Part shown: piece after piece, positions 1 to 12,212 of the stretch
Numbering within the stretch: position 1 is the stretch's first letter
How the letters are laid out: each line of letters begins with the position of its first letter
Source: Raja brachyura
Taxonomy: Eukaryota
Length of the DNA stretch: 64,000 bases
Reading direction: 5' to 3'
Assembly: GCA_963514005.1 (NCBI GenBank)
Contig: CAUPSL010000303.1
Span: 248,001-312,000, forward strand
Notes under the pieces: generated by a model
Seen by the model: only the letters and a program-made list of their open reading frames with translations
Databases searched by the model: none
Told to the model about the DNA's origin: nothing
Translations under genes and position numbers: made by a program

Positions 1-476
1 ATGATTCAAGTTAGGACAGGTGATTGGATTTATGGGTCTCCTGAATCATAAAATAACATTAGGAGCAGTTAGCAGCACAAGAATGGAGCGGTATCTGAAA
101 CGCAATTACAGTTCCAGGCGACCACGCCCTGCCATTCCATTCCATTTGCTATAGAGTGCGAAAAAAACAAAGTGCTGTGGTAACTCAGCAGGTCGGGCAA
201 CATCCCTGCAGGACATTGACAGGCGCTGTTTCAGATTGGGAACCCACTTCAGACTGACAATAGTCACCCATACTTTTTCTCCAAAGATGCTGCTCGATTC
301 CTTGAGTTACTCCAGCGCTCTGTGTCTATTGTCGCCAATCTATGCTCCCCAAAATTGCGAGCTGACCTGCTGAGTTACACCAGCACTTTGTGTCTTTTTC
401 TTTGTTGTAATTCAGCATCAACACCTCCTCGTGTCTCCATTGCAGTCAATTGTTTTGTGTTGGTCCAATGACACCG

Positions 477-519
477 CTCGACAACTGGTGACGACCCGTC
501 GTATTTTTATTCTGATTGC
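477..519 (+). promoter_or_regulatory. MHC-type X1/X2-Y (SXY-like) promoter module
   Basis: CTCGACAACTGGTG (477-490) resembles the X1 box, overlaps the CRE/X2 half-site TGACG (489-493), and is followed after 21 bp by CTGATTGC (512-519; the Y box is CTGATTGG). It lies about 75 bp upstream of the leader ATG. Confidence 0.55.
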
Positions 520-593
520 ATGATGAGATCCTGCTTTGATGTTGGTGAAGTTTGGCTCAGTCACTGCTGTTGATGCGAGAGGTTGTGCGCGAA

Positions 594-645
594 ATGATTT
601 TGTTCATCTTGCTGAGTTTCTTCCGTGTACAAGGGGCTCTAGTCG
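594..645 (+). CDS. MHC class I-like exon 1, signal peptide MILFILLSFFRVQGALV
   Basis: ATG at 594 starts a hydrophobic 17-aa leader, followed by the donor G|GTAAGT at 646. Phase 1 joins to GG-CCT of the alpha1 exon, giving ...GALV-GPHTL. Confidence 0.75.
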
Positions 646-1061
646 GTAAGTTAATAATTCTAATTTTATTCTCTACTGGCTAAAAGCGTCTTGACTTCAT
701 CTCAATCTGGACAGGAGGCGACCCAGGTTAAAAATGCGGGTTAGTCTGAAGTACGTGCGGACATTAAAAGGTTTAAAAGGGTCGGAAGAAAGGTCTCACC
801 CGAAACGTCGCCTATCTCCTTCGCTCCTTAGACGCTGTTACACCCGCTGAGTTTCTCCAGCTTTTTGTGTAACTCTCGATTCTCCAGCATCTGCAGTTCC
901 TTCTTTAACACAAGGGTTTAATCTCCCCTGTTTCAGTACAATCCAGACTGGAATGTGTGCTTTGATTTGCAACATGCCCCGTTTCCTTTGAGGAAGAAAG
1001 AACTGCAGATATTAGTTTAAACTGATTTTAATTCGTGTAAAACAAACAGGAGCGAGGCACT

Positions 1062-1965
1062 CACTAGGGTGGCCTCGATGCTCCGCTCTTGCTCTCCCTT
1101 CCCCCCATTCGTAACAAGGACAGAGTCCCCCTTGTCTTCACCTTTCACCCCATCAGCCGTCCCACACAACATATAACCTTCCATCATTTTTGCCACCTCC
1201 AACAGGATCCCACTACTGGCCACATCTTCCCATCTCCACCCCTGTCTGGTTTCCATGGAGACCGGTCCCTCCGAAATTCCATGGTCCTCGTCCTTTTCCA
1301 CCCAAACCACCCCTCCCCAGGCACTTTCCCCAGCACCGGCAGGAGATGCAACACATGTCCCTTTCCCTCCCCCCTCGACTCCATCCAAGGACCCAAACAG
1401 TCTTTCCAAGTGAGGCAGAGGATCACTTGCACCTCCTCCAACCTCATCTACTGTATCCACAGTTGCAGGTGGCAACCTCTCTACATCTGCGGGGCCAAGC
1501 GCAGGCTCGGCAATCATTTTGCTGAAATACTCTGCCCAGTCCATCTTAACCTACCTGATCTGGTTGCTCAGCACTTCAACCTCTCCTCCCATTCCCAATC
1601 TGACCTTTCGGTCCTGGGCCTTCTCCATTGTCAGAGTGAGGCCCAGTGCAAATTGGAGGAATAGCACCTCATATTTTGCTTGGGTTGTTTACAACCAAGC
1701 CACATGAAGATTGACTTCTCCAACTTTAAATAGCCCTTGCTTTCCCTCTCTATCCCCCCCTTCCCAGTTCTCCCACCAGTCTTATTGTCATTGCCTACAC
1801 TCTAACTTTGTCCCATCCACTCCCCTGACATCAGTCTGAAGAAGGGCCTCGACCCGATAGGTCGCCCATTCCTTCTCTCCAGAGATGCTGCCTGCCTGCT
1901 AAATGAATCCAGCATTTTGTGTCTACCTTTGAGTTAAACCAGCATCTGCAGTTCTTTTCTACACA
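1062..1965 (+). mobile_element. Penelope-like element 3' fragment (GIY-YIG endonuclease + pLTR-like tail)
   Basis: Encodes PLVFTFHP...CNTC...FQVRQRITCTSSNLIYCI...LYICGAKRRLGNHFAE, a PLE GIY-YIG domain. The tail carries a degenerate hammerhead motif at 1836-1863. Confidence 0.85.
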
Positions 1966-2069
1966 AAGTGCCTTGTTTGACAGGTTCAGGTTTATGGCCA
2001 AATGTCGGAAGAGAGCGAGGCACAAGTACAATGCAAAATCAGGAAAAGATTAGCACAGTCACTAAAGAT

Positions 2070-3590
2070 TAGCAAAGTCAAATGTGGGTCCCTCGAAGGT
2101 TGACACAGGTGAAATTAGTATGGGCAACAAGGAAATGGCAGAATAGTTGAATAGGTACTTTGGATCTGTCTTCACTAACAATCAAGACACAAACAATCTC
2201 CCAGATGTACTGGAGGACAGAGGGCCTAAGGGGGTAGAGGAATTGAAATACATTTTCATTAGGCGAGAAATAGTATTGGGCAGGCTAATGGTACTGAAGA
2301 ATGATAAATCCCCTGGGCCTGATGGTCTGCATCCCAGGGTCCTCAGGGAGGTGGCCCTGGAAATAGTGGACGCATTGGTGATCATTTTCCAATGTTCAAT
2401 AGACTCAGGATCAGCTCCTGTGGTTTGGAGGATAGCTAATGTTATCCCACTTTTCAAGAAAGGAGCGAGAGAGAAAACAGGGAATTACAGACCAGTTTCT
2501 CTGACTTCAGTGGTGGGAGAGATGCTGGAGTCAATTATTAAAGAGGTAATAATGGGGCATTTGGATAGCTGTAAAATGATTAGTCCAAGTCAACATTGAT
2601 TTATGAAATGGAATTCATGCTTTACTAATCTTCTTAAATGTTTCACACACTGTGTATTTTGCTATTAACTGAGCGACAACTCTTAGCTCCAAACTTGCGG
2701 TCACCATGTTTACGTGGTTTATTAATGATTTGGATAAGGGGATAGAATGTGTTGTGGCCAGGTTTGCAGTTGATGCTAAAATAGGTGGAGGGGCAGGCAG
2801 TGTAGAGGAAGCAAGGACTTTGCAGAAGGACTTGTTCATGTTAGCAGAGTGGGCAGAGAGGTGGCAGATGAAATTCAGAATAGCAAAGGGTGGAGTCATG
2901 CATTTTGGTAATACGAATAAAGGCGTAGATTATTTTACAAATGGAGGGAGAATCCAGAAATCTGAGGTGCACAGTGACGTGGGAGTGTTGGTGCAGGATT
3001 CCCAAAAGGTTAATTTGCAAATTGAATCGGTAGTCAGGAAGGTGATTTATATCAAGAGGACTGGAATACAAAAACAGAGATGTCATTCTGAGGCTCAAAA
3101 ACATTTGGAGTAAAGTGTGCAAATTTGGGCCCCCTATCTGAGGAAGGATGTGCTGGCTCAGAGGAGGCTGACAAGAATTATTCCATGAATGAGTGGGTTA
3201 GCATATGATGAGCGTTTGACAGCACTGGGCCTCTACTCGCTGGAGTTGAGAATGTTCAGGGGGGAACCTCATTGAAATTTACAGAATAATGAAAGGCAAA
3301 GCTAGAGTGGATGTGGAAAGGATGTTTCCACTGGTGGGTGAGTCTAGGACCAGAGGTCATAGCATCAGAATTAAAGGGTGCTCTTCTAGAAAGGAGGGAC
3401 TCATCGCCACAGAGGGTTGTGGAGGCCACGTTGGTGGATATTTTTAAGGCAGACATCGACACATTTTTGATTAGAATGGGTTATCATTGGGAGAAGGCAG
3501 GAAAATGGCATTAGGAGGCACAGATCAGCTATAATCGAATGGTGGAGTAGACTCGATGGGCCGAATGGCCTAATTCTACTCCAGTAACGT
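2070..3590 (+). mobile_element. degenerate CR1/HER1-like LINE fragment
   Basis: [22 protein letters not shown] and a degenerate FADD region, with deletions and stops. Confidence 0.85.
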
Positions 3591-5204
3591 GAACGTGTAC
3601 AGGTTGGGAGAGTGGGCAGAGAAGTGGCAGATGAAATTCAGTATAGCAAAGTGTGGAGAGATTCATTTTGGTAATAAGAATAAAGTGTAGATTATTTTAC
3701 AAATGGAGAGAGAATCCAGAAATCAGAGGAGCATAGTGACATGGGAGTGCTGGTGCAGGACTCCCAAAAGGTTAATTTGCAAATTGAACCGGTAGTCATG
3801 AAGATGATTTATATCAAGAGGACTGGAATACAAACCCAGAAAACGCCACCATGTCGCCAGATTTCTAAGAGTGTCAAAGGTCACAGGGAGATGACAGGAG
3901 AATGGTGTTGAGAGGGAACGATAGGTTAGCAATGATTAAATTGTGGAGTAAACTCGATGTGCTGAACAACCAAGTTCTGCACTTTATGAAGTGAGTCAAA
4001 GTTCAGAACATGAGGGGTGATCTTTTTATTTCTCCCCAGAATGGTGTGTCTGGAACCAAAATTCACAGTTTACAAATAAGGCTTCAGACATTCTTATGGC
4101 ACCAAAACATGGTGACAGTTGTGTATTGCCTAGGTTAGATCTGCTATATGATTTTACTGAGTTGTATACGGAACAAAACTTTTCACTGTACCTAGGTGCC
4201 TGTGACAATAAAATACTATTGAATCATTGAATTCAGTGTAGTAAAGAGATTAAATTATTTCACCCAGAGGGGAATTAGTCTTTCAAATTCTCTGTCCAAG
4301 AAGGCTGTGGGCATTCAGTCAATCAGATGCTTGAGGCAGGGTTGGAAGATGCTTGGATACAAAAAGAAATGGTTAGTTTGGAAAAATGGTGGTCTGCATG
4401 AGGATCATTATGATCTTATAGAATATCAGAGATTGGGGACAAAGGATGAATGGCACCACTTTACTTATGTTAGGTTTGTTCCCACTCCACAAGAGAGTCC
4501 AGAAGGAAAGAGAGTATAGAGTGTTCAATTGTCATATGTGCTGACTACAAATCAATGACATTCTTGTAGCAGCTGAGCAGAACTGTAAGACAATACAAAT
4601 AAATAACATACTAAAAATTCAGCAAATTGATAGTCCCAATGCGTGCAAAAAACACCTTGAATGCTTAGTCTAACCAAAGACTGTCCATAGGTCTACAGGG
4701 TCTGACTTGACACATCACCTATCCACTGTCACCAGCGATGCTGCCTGATCTGCTGAGTTACTCCAACACTTTGGCTTTATTTTGTTCATTATTCATAGTT
4801 GAGTGTACTGTAGTTCAGGGTTCAATATACGGGAAGATTTTAATGATCACATTCCAGCACACATCAAATGATCACATTCCAGCAGCACACAAAAAATGAC
4901 ATTCTCCTTTGATGGTAATAATCTAAGTTGGTGAAAGGGGAAACAGACTTAGATATAAAGAATAACATATTTAACGCAGTTCCAATGTAGGAAAATGCTT
5001 CAATGAGAATGCTTCAAGTAAGAATATTATTCTGTAACATTTTACTTCGAGCAGTATAATGACATTACATGACAATTAGCAAAATAAACATTTAAGGTGC
5101 ATCTTAAAGGAAAAATAGAGGAAGGGATATATAGAGAGCAATTCTACGACTTAGGCCTACTCTTCAGATGAAGTACTTACATTTGTGAATAATCAGGATA
5201 TTAT

Positions 5205-5420
5205 ACTGCCCGGTTCATCATGGGTACTGACCTCACCACCATTGAAGGGATCCACACGAGACGCTGTCTCAAAAAGGTAGCCAACATCATCACCCTGGCC
5301 ACACTCTCATTACCTCCTACCATGGGGAAGAAAGTACATGTGCTTGAAAACCATAGCCACCAGGTTGAAGAATAGCTTCTTCCCAACAACTATCATGCAA
5401 ATGAACACTACACAATGCTA
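5205..5420 (+). mobile_element. old Rex1/Babar- or L2-type LINE 3' fragment (related pieces at ~7110-7185 - and ~37700-38140 +)
   Basis: Translates to GTDLTTIEGIHTRRCLKKVANII..., resembling the C-terminus of these LINEs. Confidence 0.5.
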
Positions 5421-7188
5421 ACCTCAACTGTGAAATTCTATGGACTGTCTTTGGTTGCACTAAGGACTTTCAGATTTTGTTTGCCCTAGTAGTGAGGTTA
5501 GTAATTTATTGATTTTGTTAGTTGTATTATGTATTTTCTATGTTTATTGTCTGTACAGACCTGTTATCATGCTCTGAGTAAAAATCTCATTGTTCCGTTT
5601 CTCGTTGTGTATATGTGTGTATGTGTGTATATATAATTTGGTGCAGGGGGAAGATATATATATATATGATAATTAAGCACTCAACTCTTGATTAAAACTG
5701 GAAGATGGTTTGCAATGTTGAGGAACAATGACGAGGGAAGAGCTGCGTAGGGAGGAACTGCAGATGCTGGTTTAAACCGAAGATAGACTCAAACAGCTGG
5801 AGTAACTCAGCGGGTCAGACAGCGACGCTGGAGAAAAGGAATAGGTGGCATTTCAGCTCGAGACCTTCTCTCCAGAGATGCTGCGTGTCCCACTGAGTTA
5901 CTCCAGCATTTTGTGTCAATCTCTAAGTGCTGGAGTAACTCAGCTGGTCAGGCAGCATCTCCAGCAAACATGGATAGATGACGTTTAGGATCAACACCCT
6001 TCCACTGGGTGAAGAAGGGGTCTTGACCCGAAACATCTATCCATCATCACATATCCATGTTCTCCAGGGATGCTGCCTTACCCACTAAGATGATCCAGCA
6101 CTTTACGCATCTATCTTTGTGAACCAACATTTGTAGTTCCTTGTTTCTAGTGTAAATTGACTTTCATTTGTAGGTAAGTAATATGATCTGGAGAGATATG
6201 ATGGGAATTTGCAGAGAATAAGAATGGGTTGGTCGAGAGCAAGAGTTTAATTGTCATCTGTACTGGCAATTGGACAATGAAATTCGCATGCACATATTGA
6301 ATATAAGATAATCAATGACACAATAAATTAATATTAGTTATACTAGGTAACCAAACCATAACAGTGGAAAAACAAAACTTCCTTACTGCAAGCAAAATAA
6401 AGTCCATCACAGATCAGAGTTGTTGAGGTAAGGTTGTGGTTAGTGTTGTGCAGTGTTTAAAAGCCTGTTGCTCGTCAGAAAAAAGCTGCTCTTAAACCTG
6501 GAGCTAACAGTTCTCAGGCTCTCTAACCTCAAAGGTAGTTCATTGTTTCAATGGTATTTTATTTGTGGCATGTACCAAGATACAGTGAAATTTATTTTTG
6601 TATACAGTTTAATACAGGTATCACTATATATATATATAAGCCCTTAGATATATCTTAGATAAGCATCTCAGATGCAGTACGTGTCGCCAGTTATTTGTGC
6701 CATTTTCACATCCCAGTTGTTGTAAGTGAGGGTTCTTGGCCTGACCATGAGCCCCACTGTCCTGGTGTTGTTCCAGGGTCGGCCTGGCCAAGCGAAGCTG
6801 TGGTGTCCTCTACTGCTGCAGGGAGTAACTGGTCCATGCGCCCGGCCTCTTGGAGCGGCGCCTGGAACAGCCAAGCCCCAGGCTGCTGTAGGGCCTCCAG
6901 CGCCCACTCCACTGTTGAGGCAGTGCATTCCCTCATGCAGCCAGTCTGTCTATCAGCCATCCATCTGACTCCTTCCACTCTGGGCCGACGAGTTGAGCCT
7001 TCCAGATGGTTCCTCCATCCTTGGTCCACAGCGACCAAGAACTCGGTCCATGATGGATGGGCCCGATGTTCCGGGCGAATTCCCGGTCCAGGGTGGCCGG
7101 CCCTGAGAGTATGGCCAGGGTGGTGTGGGTCTCTGATGACATTAGCTGTCTTTCTGAGGCAGCACCTCCTGTAGATCCATTCAATGAT

Positions 7189-7564
7189 GGCCCGGGGAGC
7201 CGTTGGAGACAGAGGGTGGAGCTACCTGCGCTGTGAGTATAAACCTAGCGCGGGGCTTGCTTTTCACAGAGGCCCGGGGAGCCGTTGGAGACAGAGGGTG
7301 GAGCTACCTGCGCTGTGAGTATAAACCTAGCGCGGGGCTTGCTTTTCACAGAGGCCCGGGGAGCCGTTGGAGACAGAGGGTGGAGCTACCTGCGCTGTGA
7401 GTATAAACCTAGCGCGGGGCTTGCTGACACAGAGGCCCGGGGAGCCGTTGGAGACAGAGGGTGGAGCTACCTGCGCTGTGAATATAAACCTAGCGCGGGG
7501 CTTGCTGACACAGAGGCCCGGGGAGCCGTTGGAGACAGAGGGTGGAGCTACCTGCGCTGTGAGT
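7189..7564 (+). repeat. ~4.6 tandem copies of an 81-82 bp monomer at the CR1 5' end
   Basis: Unit GAGGCCCGGGGAGCCGTTGGAGACAGAGGGTGGAGCTACCTGCGCTGTGAGTATAAACCTAGCGCGGGGCTTGC(TTTT/TGA)CACA, near-identical copies. Confidence 0.95.
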
Positions 7565-7885
7565 AGACTGAAATCTGCAACGTTTCATCTTCCAGTGAGG
7601 AAATCTGGTGGGGAATCTGTGTAGCCTCTGATTGGTTGAAGAGGACCAGAGGAAGCAGCTGATTGGCTGGAACGCGGGGTTTACATTTCTCCATTTCTGC
7701 CTTCAGGTTTAAGGATTCTGGGTGCTAAGGACTCTGGGAGCTAAGGACTCTGGGTGTTAGGGATTCATTATTTATTAGTAAAGTTTAAAGAATAAAGTTT
7801 TGTGTTTAATAAAAAATAAAAAAAAATAAAATAAAATAAAATAAAAAATATATATATATATTTAATAGAGTAATTTGGGAGTAAG

Positions 7886-9297
7886 ATGTCAGTGGAGATT
7901 GGTCCCGTGGTTTGCTCAGCCTGCAACATGTGGGAGATCAGGGATATGGTCGGTGTCCCTGATGACTACATTTGCAGGAAGTGTGTCCAGCTGCAGCACC
8001 TGGCAGACCGCATTGAACGATTGGAGCTGCGGCTGGATTCATAGAAACATAGAAACATAGAAAATAGGTGCAGGAGTAGGCCATTCGGCCCTTCGAGCCT
8101 GCACCGCCATTCAATGTGATCATGGCTGATCATCCAACTCAGTATCCCGTACCTGCCTTCTCTCCATACCCCCTGATCCCTTTAGCCACAAGTGCCACAT
8201 CTAACGCCCTCTTAAATATAGCCAATGAACTGGCCTCAACTACCTTCTGTGGCAGAGAATTCCAGAGACTCACCACTCTCTGTGTAAAGAATGTTTTCCT
8301 CATTTCGGTCCTAAAGGAATTCCCCCTTATCCTTAGACTGTGACCCCTTGTTCTGGACTCCCCCAACATCGGGAACAATCTTCCAGCATCTAGCTTGTCC
8401 AACCTCTTAAGAATTTTGTAGGTTTCTATAAGATCCCCCCTCAATCTTCTAAATTCCATCGAGTACAAACCGAGTCTATCCAATCTTTCCTCATATGAAA
8501 GTCCTGACTGGAGCATCCACGATGCAGAGAAAGTCGTGGACAGCACATACAGCGAGTTGGTCACGCCACAGGTAAAAGGTAAGAGGACAGAAAGGGAGCG
8601 GGTGGCCAATAGCCAGCAAAACAGCAGGCAGGTAGTGCAGGAGTCCCCTGCGGTCATCTCCCTAGTCAACAGGTTTACCATTTTGGATACTGTTGAGGGA
8701 GATGGCTCATCAGGGGAATGCAGCAGCAGCCAAGTTCATGGCACCATGGGTGGCTCTGCAGCACATGATGGGGGAAAAAAGAGGGGAAGGGCTATTGTAA
8801 TAGGGGATTCAATTGTCAGGGGAATAGATAGGCGTTTCTGCGGCCGCAAAAGAGACTCCAGGATGGTATGTTGCCTCCCTGGTGCAAAGGTCAGGGATGT
8901 TACTGAACGGCTGCAGAACATTCTGGAGGGGGAGGGTGAACAGCCAGTTGTCGTGGTGCATATTGGCACCAACGATATAGGGAAAAAAAGGGATGAGGTC
9001 CTACAAGGTGAATTTAGGGAGCTAGGAGATAAACTCAAAAGTAGGACCTCAAAGGTAATAATCTCTGGATTATTACCAGTACCACGGGCCAGTCAGAGTA
9101 GAAATAGGAGGATATTGCAGATGAATACGTGGCTTGAAAAATGGTGCAAGGGGGAGGGATTCAAATTTTTAGGGCACTGGGACCATTTCTGGGGGAGGTG
9201 GGACCAGTACAAACAGGACGGTCTGCACCTGGGCTGGAATGGAACCAATGTCCTTGGGGGAGTGTTTGCTAGTGCTGTCGGGGAGGATTTAAACTAA
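7886..9297 (+). pseudogene. CR1 ORF1 (zinc finger/leucine zipper + SGNH esterase), interrupted by an insertion at 8040-8508
   Basis: MSVEIGPVVCSACNMWE...YICRKCVQLQHLADRIERLELRLDS (7886-8041) resumes as WSIHDAEKVVDSTYS at 8509. Esterase motifs GDSIVRG, HIGTND and DGLH are present. Confidence 0.9.
8040..8508 (-). mobile_element. 5'-truncated CR1 3' end inserted antisense in ORF1 of the host CR1
   Basis: Reverse complement of the CR1 ORF2 C-terminus (SGLSYEERLDRLGLYS...GEKAGTGY), 3' UTR and octamer tail. Confidence 0.95.
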
Positions 9298-12212
9298 TGT
9301 GGCAGGGGGATGGGTACAAGAGCAGAGAGGCAGGTGGGTGTAAAACGAGGGTGGAAGCAATAGGGAGCAAGGTGAAAAGTAAAAGGGGTAAGAGCATTGT
9401 AAAAACAAGCCTGAAGGCCTTGTGTCTCAATGCAAGGAGTATTCGTAATAAGGTGGATGAGTTGAACGTGCAGATAGCTATTAATGAGTATGATATAGTT
9501 GGGATCACGGAGACATGGCTCCAGGGTGACCAAGGCTGGGAGCTGAACATCCAGGGGTATTCAATACTCAGGAGGGATAGAGAGAAAGGAAAAGGAGGTG
9601 GGGTAGCGTTGCTGGTTAGAGAGGAGATTAACGCAATGGAAAGGAAGGACATTAGCTTGGAGCATGTGGAATCCGTATGGGTAGAGCTGCGAAACACTAA
9701 GGGGCAGAAAACGCTAGTGGGAGTTGTGTACAGGCCACCTAACAGTAGTAGTGAAGTTGGGGATGGTATAAAACAGGAAATTAGAAATGCGTGCGACAAA
9801 GGCAAAACAGTTATAATGGGTGACTTCAATCTACATATAGATTGGGTGAATCAAATTGGCAGGGGCGCTGAGGAAGAGGATTTTTTGGAAAGTATGAGGG
9901 ATAGTTATCTAAATCAACATGTAGAGGAACCAACGAGAGAGCAGGCTATTTTAGACTGGGTATTGAGTAATGAGGAAGGGTTAGTTAGCAGTCTTATTGT
10001 GCGTGCCCCCTTGGGCAAGAGTGACCATAATATGGTCGAGTTCTTCATTAGGATGGAGAGTGACATTGTTAATTCAGAAACAATGGTTCTGAACTTAAGG
10101 AAAGGTAACTTTGAGGGTATGAGACGTGAATTGGCCAAGATTGACTGGCAATCAATTCTAAAAGGGTTGACGGTGGATACGCAATGGAAGACATTTAAAG
10201 ACTGCATGGATGAACTACAAAAATTGTTCATCCCAATTTGGCAAAAGAATAGATCAGGGAAGGTAGTGAATCCGTGGATAACAAGGGAAATCAGGGATAG
10301 TATCAAAGCAAAGGATGATGCGTACAAAGTAGCCAGAAAAAGCAGCATACCAGAGGACTGGGAAAAATTCAGAGACCAGCAGAGAAGGACAAAGGGCTTG
10401 ATTAGGAAAGGAAAAATAGATTATGAAAGAAAACTGGCAGGGAACATAAAAACTGACTGCAAAAGTTTTTATAGATATGTGAAGAGAAAGAGATTAGTTA
10501 AAACAAATGTAGGTCCCTTGCAGTCAGAAACAGGTGAGTTGATCATGGGGAACAAGGATATGGCGGACCAATTGAATAACTACTTTGTATCCGTCTTCAC
10601 TAAGGAAGACATAAATAATCTGCCGGAAATAGCAGGGGACCGCAGGTCAAAGGAGTACTTGAGTGAAATCCAGGTTAGTCGGGAAGTGGTGTTGGGTAAA
10701 TTGCATGGATTAAAGGCCGATAAATCCCCAGGGCCAGATAGGCTGCATCCCAGAGTACTTAAGGAAGTAGCTCCGGAAATAGTGGATGCATTAGTGATAA
10801 TCTTTCAAAACTCTTTAGATTCTGGAGTAGTTCCTGAGGATTGGCGGGTAGCAAACGCAACCCCTCTTTTTAAGAAGGGGGGGAGAGAGAAAACGGGGAA
10901 TTACAGACCAGTTAGTCTAACATCGGTAGTGGGGAAACTGCTAGAGTCAGTTATTAAAGATGGGATAGCAGCACATTTGGAAAGTGGTGAAATCATTGGA
11001 CAAAGCCAGCATGGATTTACGAAAGGTAAATCATGTCTGACGAATCTTGTGGAATTTTTCGAGGATGTAACTAGTAGCGTGGATGGGGGAGAACCAGTGG
11101 ATGTGGTGTATCTGGACTTCCAGAAGGCTTTCGACAAGGTCCCACATAAGCGATTAGTATATAAACTTAAAGCATATGGCATTGGGGGTTCAGTATTGAT
11201 GTGGATAGAGAACTGGCTGGCAAACAGGAAGCAAAGAGTAGGAGTTAACGGGTCGTTTTCACAATGGCAGGCAGTGACTAGTGGGGTACCGCAAGGCTCA
11301 GTGCTGGGACCCCAGCTATTTACAATATACATAAATGATCTGGATGAGGGAATTGAAGGCAATATCTCCAAGTTTGCGGATGACACTAAGCTGGGGGGCA
11401 GTGTTGGCTGTTAGAAGGATGCTAGGAGAATGCAAGGTGACTTGGATAGGCTGGGTGAGTGGGCAAATGTTTGGCAGATGCAGTATAATGTGGATAAATG
11501 TGAGGTTATCCACTTTGGTGGCAAAAATAGGAAAACCGACTACTATCTAAATGGTGGCCGATTAGGAAAAGGGGAGATGCAGCGCGACCTGGGTGTCATG
11601 GTACACCAGTCATTGAAAGTAGGCATGCAGGTACAACAGGCAGTGAAGAAAGCCAATGGTATGTTAGCTTTCATAGCAAAAGGATTTGAGTATAGGAGCA
11701 GGGAGGTTCTACTTCAGTTGTATAGGGTCTTGGTGAGGCCACACCTGGAGTATTGCGTACAGTTCTGGTCTCCAAATCTGAGGAAGGACATTATTGCCAT
11801 AGAGGGAGTACAGCGAAGGTTCACCAGACTGATTCCTGGGATGTCAGGACTGTCTTATGAACAAAGACTGCATAGACTCGGTTTATACTCTCTAGAATTT
11901 AGGAGATTGAGAGGGGATCTTATAGAAACTTACAAGATTCTTAAGGGGTTGGACAGGCTAGATGCAGGAAGATTGTTCCCGATGTTGGGGACGTCCAGGA
12001 CAAGGGGTCACAGCTTAAGGATAAGGGGGAAATCCTTTAGGACCGAGATGAGAAGGAATTTTTTCACACAGAGAGTGGTGGGTCTCTGGAATTCTCTGCC
12101 ACAGAGGGTAGTTGAGGCCAGTTCATTGGATATATTTAAGAGGGAGTTAGATGTGGCCCTTGTGGCTAAGGGGATCAGAGGGTATGGAGAGAAGGCAGGT
12201 ACGGGATACTGA
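9297..12212 (+). pseudogene. CR1 ORF2 (APE endonuclease + reverse transcriptase), one in-frame TAG at 11412-11414
   Basis: Motifs [34 protein letters not shown] and FADD. ORFs 9297-11414 and 11430-12212 share a frame, and the second CR1 copy has GAG at the TAG position. Confidence 0.95.

Noticed and set aside
6668-7184. Overlapping GC-rich ORFs in several frames
   Set aside because: No recognisable domain; partly an old LINE 3' remnant and repeat-like sequence.
7189-7564. Regular repeats resembling a CRISPR array
   Set aside because: Head-to-tail monomers with no unique spacers, no cas genes, and a eukaryotic LINE context.
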